From Candidatus Eiseniibacteriota bacterium (GTDB taxonomy: Bacteria > Eisenbacteria > RBG-16-71-46 > CAIMUX01 > VGJL01), in the NCBI GenBank assembly GCA_963792585.1, contig CAWBWI010000001.1:864001-928000 (forward strand): a stretch of 64,000 bases of DNA, written 5' to 3'. Position 1 is the first letter of the stretch. Every line of letters begins with the position of its first letter. Shown here piece by piece: positions 8,865-17,652 of the stretch. The notes beneath the pieces are model-generated. The model saw only the letters and a list, made by a program, of their open reading frames with translations, had not been told where the DNA came from and made no database searches. The translations under genes were made by a program, and so were the position numbers.

Positions 8865-10945
8865 CGTCCTCTACCTCCTCGGGGACGTGGCTGTTTCGCG
8901 GATTTCCGGATCTTCGGCCTCCTTACACGATCGGCACCTGACCGGCCGGGCTTGACCCGGACCGTCTTCGCACCCGACTTCTTCCTCTTCCCCTTGCCCC
9001 CGGCGGGGCGACGCCCTGGCCGCTCCATACCGCCCGCCGCCTTGGAGACGAGGCGGAAGTCGAGTCTACGCTCCCGCAGGTCGACGCGCGCGAACTGGAT
9101 CTCGACGCGGTCTCCGAGACGCAACTCACCATGCGACCGAATGGCAACGAATGCCAGCCGTTCTTCTACGAATTCCATCCGTGGCTGAAGAGTGTCCCGG
9201 GGGACGAATCCTTCGACCGGCACGGATTCCAGCTCGACGAAGAAGCCCGCGGGCAGGCAACCGACGATGCGCCCCCACCCGGTCTCTCCGAGTCGCGACT
9301 CGGCCCAGCGAAGCGTCTTCAAGCGAAGGAGATCGCGCTCGGCCCTCTCAGCGGTGCGCTCGGTACGCGAGCACCCCTCTGCGAGGCCCACGGCCGTCGC
9401 CTGCATCCCGCGGATCTCCGTGGACCGATCGACCTTGGCGCGCGGGTGTCGAATCACCCAGCGCGCGAGCCGGTGATTGAAGAGGTCGGGATAGCGTCGG
9501 ATCGGGGAGGTGAAGTGGCAATACTGCTCGATCCCGAGTCCGAAATGGGCCAGGTCGATCGGGGAATAGACCGCCTGCTTCATGCTCCGCAGGAAGAACG
9601 AATGGAGAACCCGCGTCAGCGGAGACGGGGGCAGATCGGTCAGAAAGCGGCGAAGCGCAGGGATCCCGTCGAGGTCCTTCGTGCGCGCCGCCGGCAGAAT
9701 CGTCCGCACGATGTCCGCGAAGCGTCCCAGAGCCGCGGGATCGGGCTGTTCGTGGACTCGGTAGAGGAGGGGCAGCCCGTGATCGGTCAGGATCCGCCCG
9801 ACCACCTGGTTGGCGAGGATCATGAACTCCTCGATCAAACGGTTCGTCTCGAGGGTCTCGTGGCGCCAGATCGCGCTCGGGATTCCATCCGGGCCCAGAC
9901 GCATTTCCGCTTCCGGAAGCTCGAGATCGAAGCCGCCGACCGCGAAACGCCGCCGCCTCAGGATCTGGGCGAGATGGGCCATCTGGCGGAGCGATCCGCG
10001 CACCTCCGGATCGCCCTCGTCCCGCTCGAGCATCCGCTGGGCTTGCGCGTAGTGAAGGCGCGCCGAGCTGATGATGATCCCCTCACGCAGTTCTCCGCGG
10101 AGGAACTTCCCGTTCCCGTCGAGGTCGATCATCGCCGTCAGAACCCGCCGCTCCTCGCCGGGGACGAGGCTCGCCGCGCGCGTCGAAAGGGCCTCGGGCA
10201 GCATCGGGATCACGCCCCCCGGGAAGTAGACGCTGTTGCCCCTCATCGCGGCCTCGCGATCGAGCGGACCGTCGGGCTCCACGAACCAGGTGACATCGGC
10301 GATGTGCACCTGGAGGTGGAAGCCGCCTGCGTCTACCTGGAGGGAGACGGCATCGTCGAAGTCCTTCGCATCCTCGGGATCGATCGTCATGACGAGGCGG
10401 TCGGTGAAGTGCGTGCGGCGCGTACGATCCTGGGCGTCGGCCCTCTCCGCGCAGCGCACCGCCTCGTCGATCACCTCGTCCGGAAAGCGGCCGGGGAGCT
10501 GGTGGTGCGTGGCGACCACCATCGCGTCGAGTGACGGGTCCTCCGCATCTCCCAGGACCCTGATGAGCGTCGCGAGGAGGGGACGGTCCAGCGCCGAGTC
10601 CTCCACCCGGAAGAGGACTTTCGAACCGGCAGGAGCGCTGGCCGCGCCGCACTGGAGACGGATTCGGTCGGGGAGGATCGGCGTGTCGGGAATGACGAAC
10701 GTCGTCCGTGAGAGACGCGTCACGTTGCCGGTGAAGATCGGATGGGTGCGCTCGAGGATCCGCTCGACCACGGCCTCCGAGCGAAAATCCCGGGAGGTCC
10801 GCCGGATGAGGGTCGCTTCCACCCGGTCGCCGTGGATCGCTCCCCCGAGCCGCTCGGCGGAGATGTAGACTTCCTCGCCACCGTCGTCGGGCTTCAGGAA
10901 CGCGAAGCCCTGTCGCGTGCCACGGATCAGACCCTGGACGGTCAC
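8861..10945 (-). CDS. rnr: Ribonuclease R
   Basis: TIDPEDAKDFDDA, HIADV, LIEEFMILAN, HFTSPIRRYPDL, S1 domain, basic tail. Confidence 0.93.
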   Translation of the reverse strand: MTVQGLIRGTRQGFAFLKPDDGGEEVYISAERLGGAIHGDRVEATLIRRTSRDFRSEAVVERILERTHPIFTGNVTRLSRTTFVIPDTPILPDRIRLQCGAASAPAGSKVLFRVEDSALDRPLLATLIRVLGDAEDPSLDAMVVATHHQLPGRFPDEVIDEAVRCAERADAQDRTRRTHFTDRLVMTIDPEDAKDFDDAVSLQVDAGGFHLQVHIADVTWFVEPDGPLDREAAMRGNSVYFPGGVIPMLPEALSTRAASLVPGEERRVLTAMIDLDGNGKFLRGELREGIIISSARLHYAQAQRMLERDEGDPEVRGSLRQMAHLAQILRRRRFAVGGFDLELPEAEMRLGPDGIPSAIWRHETLETNRLIEEFMILANQVVGRILTDHGLPLLYRVHEQPDPAALGRFADIVRTILPAARTKDLDGIPALRRFLTDLPPSPLTRVLHSFFLRSMKQAVYSPIDLAHFGLGIEQYCHFTSPIRRYPDLFNHRLARWVIRHPRAKVDRSTEIRGMQATAVGLAEGCSRTERTAERAERDLLRLKTLRWAESRLGETGWGRIVGCLPAGFFVELESVPVEGFVPRDTLQPRMEFVEERLAFVAIRSHGELRLGDRVEIQFARVDLRERRLDFRLVSKAAGGMERPGRRPAGGKGKRKKSGAKTVRVKPGRSGADRVRRPKIRKSAKQPRPRGGRGR

Positions 10946-10976
10946 GAGGCGACCAACCCTTCCGCGGGGCGATGGA

Positions 10977-11016
10977 ACAAGAGAAGCTCCGGGGTCCGAC
11001 GCAAGGACCCCGGAGC
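10977..11016 (-). terminator. Intrinsic terminator after the small basic protein gene
   Basis: 12-bp stem GCTCCGGGGTCC/GGACCCCGGAGC followed by TTCTCTTGTT on the minus strand. Confidence 0.65.
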
Positions 11017-11053
11017 CGAAAACATGGCGCCCACGCTGAGGAGAATCAGCCTT

Positions 11054-11149
11054 CTAGCGAATGCGCTTCTTGTGGCGATTCTTGCGGAGCCGCTTCTTCC
11101 GCTTGTGCGTCGCGATCTTCTTTCTCTTCCGCTTCTTCCCACAACCCAT
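11054..11149 (-). CDS. 31-aa basic protein, AURKAIP1/COX24 (ribosomal bS22/mS38-like) family
   Basis: Hand translation: MGCGKKRKRKKIATHKRKKRLRKNRHKKRIR*. GAAAGGA SD, own promoter and terminator. Confidence 0.88.
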   Translation of the reverse strand: MGCGKKRKRKKIATHKRKKRLRKNRHKKRIR

Positions 11150-11246
11150 CGAGACGTGGTCCTTTCCCAATTGACAACCCGTGGGCCGCCGTACGTGCGC
11201 CCCACCGGGTGCGGAACGGCCCCTACCTTATTCTCAAGACTTACGC

Positions 11247-11276
11247 AGTCTACCAACCGCCCACGAGGGGTGTCAA
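11247..11276 (-). promoter_or_regulatory. Sigma70 promoter for the small basic protein gene
   Basis: TTGACA-N18-TAGACT with extended TG. Confidence 0.65.
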
Positions 11277-11290
11277 CGCTCGGGGGGCGA

Positions 11291-14200
11291 TCATCGAACC
11301 ACTGCCAGCCGCTCGATCCGGCTCTCCCGCGCCCCCTCATCATCCCGGAGGGTCACCTTGTAGAAGTAAACGCCGTTTGCCAGAGGGTCGCCGTCCTCGT
11401 CCCGGCCGTCCCAACGGATGCCCTCGGCGGCCGCCACTGCAGGTTGGATCGCCGACGGGGTGCGGATCGTGCGGATCGTGCGGCCGCTCGATGTGAAGAC
11501 CCGAATCTCGACCAGGGCTGGGCGGTTGACCTCCATGAAGAAGGTCGTGGCCCCCTCGGTTGGATTCGGCACGTTGTAGACCCGCGCGAAATCGAGGCCG
11601 GAGGTGCCGGTGCCCCGCAGGCGGAACTCGACCGCCGAAGAGCCCCGATGATCGCGATTGTCGGAGGCCTCGAGCGTCAGCCGATAGCGGACGCCTGGCT
11701 GCAAGGTCGAAGGGAGCCCGAACTCGACCGTCCCGCTCGATGGCCCGCTCGGGAAAGCGACTCCGGCGGCGAGGTCCTCGAGGTGGACGATGCGACTCCC
11801 CTCCTCGATGCGCAAGAGAACGGATCGGCTGGGGACGAGCTGCGTGATGTTGATCCCGCTCGTGTCCTCCATCGTCGCCTGCCAGCGGGCATCGGCCGGT
11901 ACCGCGTCGAGGTCGGCGACCAGGAGCGGGCGAACGGTGATCGCCGGCCCATCCTGATCGAGGGACGTCTCAGGCGCGATCTCCGGCACGATGATTTCCG
12001 TGAGGGCGCCGATCGCCTCCACGGCCGCTGCATCGTCCGCGTAGGCGTAGACGGCCGCGAAGCCGCGGGGCCCCGTACGCAATGCCGACGGGGCAATGAG
12101 CGAAAGGTCGAACTGCCCGTTGGTCACATCGGTCGTGCCGCGGAAGATCGGCGAACCGGTCAGGTTGTAGACGACGTTCCCCTGCCCGGGTTCTCCCACC
12201 ACCTCGCGCTGAATCTCCGAGTCGTAGAGCTCGATCCGAACCGAGCCCGTGTAGTCCGCACGAACTGCGCCCGCGTCGTCGACGATCTCGCCGTGGAGAT
12301 TCGCGCGCCCCCCGCGGTACAAGGTGTCGGGACTCGCGACGCCGCCTCCGCGCAGGCCCCGTAACGTCATCGCGCAACGCAGCCGCGGCGTGCCAAGGGC
12401 GATGACCGGCTCCCCGAGCAGCGGATAGCGACGGTTGTTCAGGGCCGCTGGATTCCCGACACTGGCCTTGGCCATGACGGTTGCGGTCCCGAGGGGAACC
12501 GAATTCAGGACGTCGCGATCGGGCCAGACCGCCGTGAAGAAGGCGCGATTCAGTTCGGCATTGGCGCCGGAGAAGGCGACCGCGGTGGCGGAGAGGACAC
12601 CTATCGCTCCCCCTCGCGGCTGGCGCACGAGGGCTTCGCCGAGACCGGTTCCCGCGAAATTGAATTTCCCTACGGAGCACGACGCGGTCAGGAAGAAAAA
12701 GAGATGATCCCGGTTCGTCATGCTCCCGACACCTGACGTCTCGAGGACACGTTCGTCTGCGAGTTGCCCTTCGCTGCCGTGCCCCGTGTAATTGACGACG
12801 AGGGTTCCATCGTCGATCAACTCGCGAAGCGCCGCCGCCGAAGCCGGCTTGCGGTCATAGAGACACTCGCTCCCGAACTCGTAGAGATAGACGCGGTCGC
12901 GTCGAAGTTCCACCGGAAGCAGGTCGGCGAGCGACTCCGTTTGTCGCATGTGCGTGAATCCGAGCGCGTCCTTCGACAGGCCCTGACAGATGTCGTCCGC
13001 CACGAGGGTGAAGCGCTGGCGCCAGGAGCCCGTCGCCTGGCGGGACTCGTAGTCGATCACCTTCTCGACCAGAGCGGTCGCCGCGGAGGGGCTGTCGGCG
13101 GGAAGCCTGCCGGGCGCCATGTCCAGGCTGCCGTCCGGCAGTGGATCGAAAAGAACGTACCAATCGTCCGTCCCGAACTGCGGTTGATAGATCGAGTGCC
13201 GCAGGACGGGATCGTAGTAGCCCTCATAGGTCGGCACGGTCACGCTGGCGCCCTGTTGCAGGCGATTGCGGAAGTCGAAGCTCGCGTCGCCGAGGAAGAC
13301 GACATAGGTCGGACGGTGCGTCGGATCGCCCCCGTTCCAGCGCTCGTACGTCCATCGAAGGAAGTTGCGGATCGCCGTGGGATCGACCCTCCCCGCCGAG
13401 AACTCGTCATAGACATCCTGAACGTCGACGACCGCCACGCGGAGGCCCTGCCCGTCGGGTCCGTGGGCGGTCCGCCAGTCCGCCAAGGTCTGAGCGGCAT
13501 CGAGGAAGTTCCGATGGGTGATCAGGATGTAGTCGACCGCAGCCGTCCGATCCCTCAAGTAGCCCCCGACAGGGGGATCGTCGACCGAGATGCGGGGACG
13601 CGCGGCGTGATCCACGGCCACCACACGGAGGTGGCGCAGGCGGTCGGCGTCGCCATCGGTCTGCCATGTAGCGCTTCGCAGTCCGCCGCTGGTGTCGTAT
13701 CGAGGGGCGATCTCGACCGTCCGCCGCGGGTCCGTCACATCGAGGACGCGCACGTTTCCCGCGACACTCAACCCGTTCACGGCGAACGCCCGCGGCGAAA
13801 GTGCGGGCTCGATCCAGAAGTCGATGCTGTCGCCGCGCGCCACGAGGTTGCGCCGGTAGTCGAGTTCGAACCAGCCGAGGTACTGGCGGTCCGTCGTCAC
13901 GTCCGACGTGTCTCCGCGGAACGGCACCTGAATGCCGAGAACCTGATCGTCACCCACCAGCCGCAGACCCGGCACCACGACGTCCCGGTGGATCAAGTCA
14001 TCCCACAGGCGTTCCGCAATCGGGGTCCCGTTGATGTCGATACGAACCAGGTGGTCCTGAACCCGGCCGGAGAAGACGTAGCTTCCCCCCCACATCCGGA
14101 GTCGGAGGTTCGCATCCCCGTCCGGGAGGGGATCGGGCACCAGGAATGGGAGCTGGGAACGCGTGTTGCCGCGGCTCGCGATGATCTCCAGCCAGTGCCA

Positions 14201-15376
14201 CTTCTCCCATGCCGGGAGCGTATCGGGATAGGGCGGCTGCTGCCCGGTCACCGTTCTCGGCCGGGCATCCCAGAGAAGGTCCTTCTCGTAGTGGACGCGG
14301 TTGAGCGCGCTCGTCTCGGGCGTCAGGTTCACATTCGATCCATCCACCACGCCCCAGCGCCGCGGGTCGCCCTCGAAGGTGCCCCACGCGAGCCAGTAGG
14401 TGTTGACGTTCGAGAAATCGTCCTCCAGATAGCGCTCGTGCTTCGCGTCCGGCAGCCCGAAGTCGGCATACCATCCGTCGGGCCCGACGGCATGGAACAG
14501 GATTCGGTCCTGCGGATCGAAGGCGCCGTCGGCACTCCCCTCCAGTCGGATGGCGACCTCGGAGAGTTCCGACGGGAGGTCGAAGACCGAGTCGGTCTCG
14601 CGCAGGCACACGCCGGTCCCGGAGAAAAGCCGCAAGGAGTCGGGTGCAATGGTCCCGAGATCGATCCCGGCTGTCTGGAGATCGGTCCCCCTGATCGCGA
14701 AGAGGCCTCCGTGCGAGACCTCGACCCGAACCCAAGGGCTCGTGGTGCTCCAGAAGCTCTCGCCTTGAAGCCGGCGGGGACGCGCGGCCTCGCGCCTCCA
14801 GGAGCGCGCTTGATCGTAGTTGACGAGGAGGGCGCTGTAGACCTTCTCCCATGCAGCGTCCGTGGACCGAATCCCCGCGCCGGAACGGCTCCCGGAGAAA
14901 CGAACGAGCACGCGCACGGCCGTTTCCACCGTCGCCTCGCGCGACTTCCGAACGATCGGAGTCCAGGAGACGGGAACGACCCGCTGATCCCGCATCCACT
15001 GCAATGCCCCGAGCTCGACGGACCGTTCCGGCAGGCCGGCGGAGGCGGGCGGTGTCCGATCCCCGAGATCCAACGGCCTGCCGTCGAGGGTTTCGTACGA
15101 AACCGACGTCTCCCCCTCGGGAGGGATTCCCAACCAGACCGTACGGACGGGGAGTTGCCATCCGTCGACAGAGGCGATCGAGGCGAGCCCCGCCCACTCG
15201 ATGCTGGACGGCTCCCCCGCCCGCTCCACGAGCCGGGGCTCTCCGGCCGGCGCGGTCAGGACGAAACGAACGCCATCGGGCAGGATCTCGACCTGAGAGA
15301 CTCCGTCCGGCGCGGCGATTGCCTGCCCCACGCCCGTGAACAGGATGGCAAGCCAGACGGCCATGCGCCCGGCCAT
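11291..15376 (-). CDS. porU: PorU-like C25-family peptidase (T9SS sortase-like) with C-terminal FlgD-Ig domain
   Basis: DVQDVYDEFSAG..DPTAIRNFL, LGDASFD, GRLP, catalytic YTGHG and TASCSVG, C-terminal NVPNP...WDGRDEDG..LANGVYFY. Start could be 15418. Confidence 0.85.
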   Translation of the reverse strand: MAGRMAVWLAILFTGVGQAIAAPDGVSQVEILPDGVRFVLTAPAGEPRLVERAGEPSSIEWAGLASIASVDGWQLPVRTVWLGIPPEGETSVSYETLDGRPLDLGDRTPPASAGLPERSVELGALQWMRDQRVVPVSWTPIVRKSREATVETAVRVLVRFSGSRSGAGIRSTDAAWEKVYSALLVNYDQARSWRREAARPRRLQGESFWSTTSPWVRVEVSHGGLFAIRGTDLQTAGIDLGTIAPDSLRLFSGTGVCLRETDSVFDLPSELSEVAIRLEGSADGAFDPQDRILFHAVGPDGWYADFGLPDAKHERYLEDDFSNVNTYWLAWGTFEGDPRRWGVVDGSNVNLTPETSALNRVHYEKDLLWDARPRTVTGQQPPYPDTLPAWEKWHWLEIIASRGNTRSQLPFLVPDPLPDGDANLRLRMWGGSYVFSGRVQDHLVRIDINGTPIAERLWDDLIHRDVVVPGLRLVGDDQVLGIQVPFRGDTSDVTTDRQYLGWFELDYRRNLVARGDSIDFWIEPALSPRAFAVNGLSVAGNVRVLDVTDPRRTVEIAPRYDTSGGLRSATWQTDGDADRLRHLRVVAVDHAARPRISVDDPPVGGYLRDRTAAVDYILITHRNFLDAAQTLADWRTAHGPDGQGLRVAVVDVQDVYDEFSAGRVDPTAIRNFLRWTYERWNGGDPTHRPTYVVFLGDASFDFRNRLQQGASVTVPTYEGYYDPVLRHSIYQPQFGTDDWYVLFDPLPDGSLDMAPGRLPADSPSAATALVEKVIDYESRQATGSWRQRFTLVADDICQGLSKDALGFTHMRQTESLADLLPVELRRDRVYLYEFGSECLYDRKPASAAALRELIDDGTLVVNYTGHGSEGQLADERVLETSGVGSMTNRDHLFFFLTASCSVGKFNFAGTGLGEALVRQPRGGAIGVLSATAVAFSGANAELNRAFFTAVWPDRDVLNSVPLGTATVMAKASVGNPAALNNRRYPLLGEPVIALGTPRLRCAMTLRGLRGGGVASPDTLYRGGRANLHGEIVDDAGAVRADYTGSVRIELYDSEIQREVVGEPGQGNVVYNLTGSPIFRGTTDVTNGQFDLSLIAPSALRTGPRGFAAVYAYADDAAAVEAIGALTEIIVPEIAPETSLDQDGPAITVRPLLVADLDAVPADARWQATMEDTSGINITQLVPSRSVLLRIEEGSRIVHLEDLAAGVAFPSGPSSGTVEFGLPSTLQPGVRYRLTLEASDNRDHRGSSAVEFRLRGTGTSGLDFARVYNVPNPTEGATTFFMEVNRPALVEIRVFTSSGRTIRTIRTPSAIQPAVAAAEGIRWDGRDEDGDPLANGVYFYKVTLRDDEGARESRIERLAVVR

Positions 15377-15392
15377 TCGGTTTCCGCGCGCC

Positions 15393-15581
15393 TCAGTCTG
15401 TAGTCTTCGGGACCGCATCGAACCTCTCCGCTTCCTCGATCAGCATGATCGGAATGTCGTCCTGAACCGGATAGCGGAGCCGGCATGCGTGGCAGATCAG
15501 CCGCGCGTTGGCCGTGTCGTACTCGAGGTCCCCCTTGCACTGGGGGCAGACCAGGATTTCCAGGAGTTCCTTCGAAAGCAT
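15393..15581 (-). CDS. Trm112/YcaR (UPF0434) family protein
   Basis: [14 protein letters not shown]...[24 protein letters not shown]. Confidence 0.92.
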   Translation of the reverse strand: MLSKELLEILVCPQCKGDLEYDTANARLICHACRLRYPVQDDIPIMLIEEAERFDAVPKTTD

Positions 15582-15651
15582 CGCTCTCTCTCCCCGGGCT
15601 GGAAGCCCCATGGAACGTGTCCTGACACCGTATCAACCTGTTCGATAGGGG

Positions 15652-16665
15652 TCAACGCGCCGCGACGGCATCCGGTTCCCCTTTCGGCACCGAATTCGGG
15701 GGTTCAGTGCGCCACGTCAAGAGCCTCCGCAGGGGCCCCCTCTCGAAAACCCTCGGAAAGAGCACGAACCCGACCAAGGCGTCGGCCGCCACGACGTAGA
15801 GCACCGCGAGGAGAATATCGATCAGATAGTGGTGGTTCAGATAGACGGCCGAGCACCAGACTCCGAGTGGAAAGAGCGCGACGGGCAGGGCGCGCCTGCC
15901 GAAGCGCCGCAGCGCGTGGATCAGGATCAACAAGGGGAAGGCGCTGTGGAGGGAGGGTATTGCCGCGAACTTGTTCGGGTTCAGGTGACGGTAGACGCTT
16001 TCGAAGAGGGGGATGCCTATCCAGCGGTCGGTGGCCACGAGGTTCCCCGCGCCCGCCCCCTTGAATCCCGCCTCGGGTTGCACGAAGCCGAAATCCCGGA
16101 TGTACCAGGGCGGCGCCGCGGGATAGGCGAAGTAGGTGGCGAAACTCGCCCAGGTGACGATGGAGAAGGGGACCACGAAGCGCCAGTAGGCCCGCCGATC
16201 CCGCATGGTGTGCCACAGGATCCACGCCAACACGAGGGGCGCCGCCATGTGCATCGCGTAGAAGCCGGATGCGGCGGCGTCGAGGGTCCCTCCGAGGAAG
16301 GATCCTTCGATCTTCTGGCGCCAATCGAGCACGGCGAAGTTCGGAATCCGTCCTCCGCCGAGCCAGCCGAAGAGCGAGAGCTCGAGTCGATATGGGCCGA
16401 GGATGTGGATCCGTCCGGCCAGGTCGTCCACGATCCCGCGCATGAAGTCGTAGGCGATCCAGAGTGCGATGAAGGGCGACCAGTCGACGAGGAATCGACG
16501 GGCGTTCTTCAGCACCAAGGCTACGATGAGGAGCGACAGGAAGGCGTGGTCGGGCCGCACCTTCATCAGATTGTCGATCTGGACAAAGTAGACGACTACG
16601 AGCAGGAGAACCGCGAGGCGCCAGAATCCGCCCCGCTCCCACTTCCCGGAACCCGACACCGCCAT
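15652..16665 (-). CDS. PAP2-superfamily membrane protein, AUR1/inositol phosphorylceramide synthase-like
   Basis: YPAAPPWY, AAIPSLHSA and LNHHYLID motifs; multi-TM. Confidence 0.8.
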   Translation of the reverse strand: MAVSGSGKWERGGFWRLAVLLLVVVYFVQIDNLMKVRPDHAFLSLLIVALVLKNARRFLVDWSPFIALWIAYDFMRGIVDDLAGRIHILGPYRLELSLFGWLGGGRIPNFAVLDWRQKIEGSFLGGTLDAAASGFYAMHMAAPLVLAWILWHTMRDRRAYWRFVVPFSIVTWASFATYFAYPAAPPWYIRDFGFVQPEAGFKGAGAGNLVATDRWIGIPLFESVYRHLNPNKFAAIPSLHSAFPLLILIHALRRFGRRALPVALFPLGVWCSAVYLNHHYLIDILLAVLYVVAADALVGFVLFPRVFERGPLRRLLTWRTEPPNSVPKGEPDAVAAR

Positions 16666-16670
16666 CGACG

Positions 16671-17633
16671 CTAGCCGTTCTCCGCGAAGACGCCCATGTT
16701 CAGGTAGATTTTGTGGCGCTTCTCGATCAGTTCATCGGCCGGCACCGCGCAGAGCCGGTCCAGACTCTGCCGGATCTCGCCTTGCAGCGTCGCCGCCATC
16801 GTCTCCAGATCGCGGTGGGCTCCCCCGAGGGGCTCGGGCACGATGCGCGTGATCAGATCCAGAGACTTCAGGTCCTTCGCGGTCAATCGAAGGGCCTCGG
16901 CCGCGTCGGCGGCCTTCGCCTGGTCCTTCCATAGGATTGCGGCGCATCCCTCGGGGGAGATCACCGAGTAGATCGAGTTCTCGAACATCAAGACCTCGTC
17001 CCCGATGGCGATCGCGAGCGCTCCGCCCGAGCCGCCTTCCCCGATGATCAGCACCAGAACGGGGGTGCGTAGCGAGGCCATGTCGCGGATGTTCCGGGCG
17101 ATCGCCTCCGCCTGTCCACGCTCCTCGGCACCGACCCCGGGATAGGCGCCGGGCGTGTCGATGAAGGTGATGACCGGGTTGTGGAACTTCTCGGCGAGCC
17201 GCATCGCCCGCATCGCCTTCCGATAGCCTTCGGGGTGCGGCATGCCGAAGTTGCGCTGGAGGTTCTCCTTCGTGTTGCGCCCCTTCTGGTGGCCGATGAG
17301 CACGACCGGCCGTCCCTCGAAGTGGGCCAATCCGCAGATGATGGCCTTGTCGTCTCGGAAGAGGCGGTCGCCGTGGATCTCGGTCCAGTCGGTGAAGAGC
17401 CTGGGTATGTAGTCGAGGGCGTAGGGCCGCCGCGGATGACGCGCGATCTGGACGCGTTGCCACGAGGTGAGGTTTGCGTAGATCTCGTCCTTCAGGTGCG
17501 CTGCTTTGGCCTCCAGCTTCTGCAGCTCATCGCTGAACTCGAGATGCTCTTTGTCGGCAAAGAGCCGCAGGTCCTCGATCTTCTGTTCGAGCTCGATGAT
17601 CGGTTTCTCGAACTCGAGCCAGCCGCTCTCCAT
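16671..17633 (-). CDS. accA: Acetyl-CoA carboxylase carboxyltransferase alpha subunit
   Basis: LEFEKPIIELE, ARHPRRP, FGMPHPEGYRKA, IDTPGAYPG, GEGGSGGALA. Confidence 0.97.
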   Translation of the reverse strand: MESGWLEFEKPIIELEQKIEDLRLFADKEHLEFSDELQKLEAKAAHLKDEIYANLTSWQRVQIARHPRRPYALDYIPRLFTDWTEIHGDRLFRDDKAIICGLAHFEGRPVVLIGHQKGRNTKENLQRNFGMPHPEGYRKAMRAMRLAEKFHNPVITFIDTPGAYPGVGAEERGQAEAIARNIRDMASLRTPVLVLIIGEGGSGGALAIAIGDEVLMFENSIYSVISPEGCAAILWKDQAKAADAAEALRLTAKDLKSLDLITRIVPEPLGGAHRDLETMAATLQGEIRQSLDRLCAVPADELIEKRHKIYLNMGVFAENG

Positions 17634-17652
17634 GCTTCCTCCTCCGCTGCGG

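Noticed and set aside
15632..15646. Second SOS-box-like site (TCGAACAGGTTGA) upstream of the Trm112 gene
   Set aside because: Half-site spacing is wrong (2 nt instead of 4).
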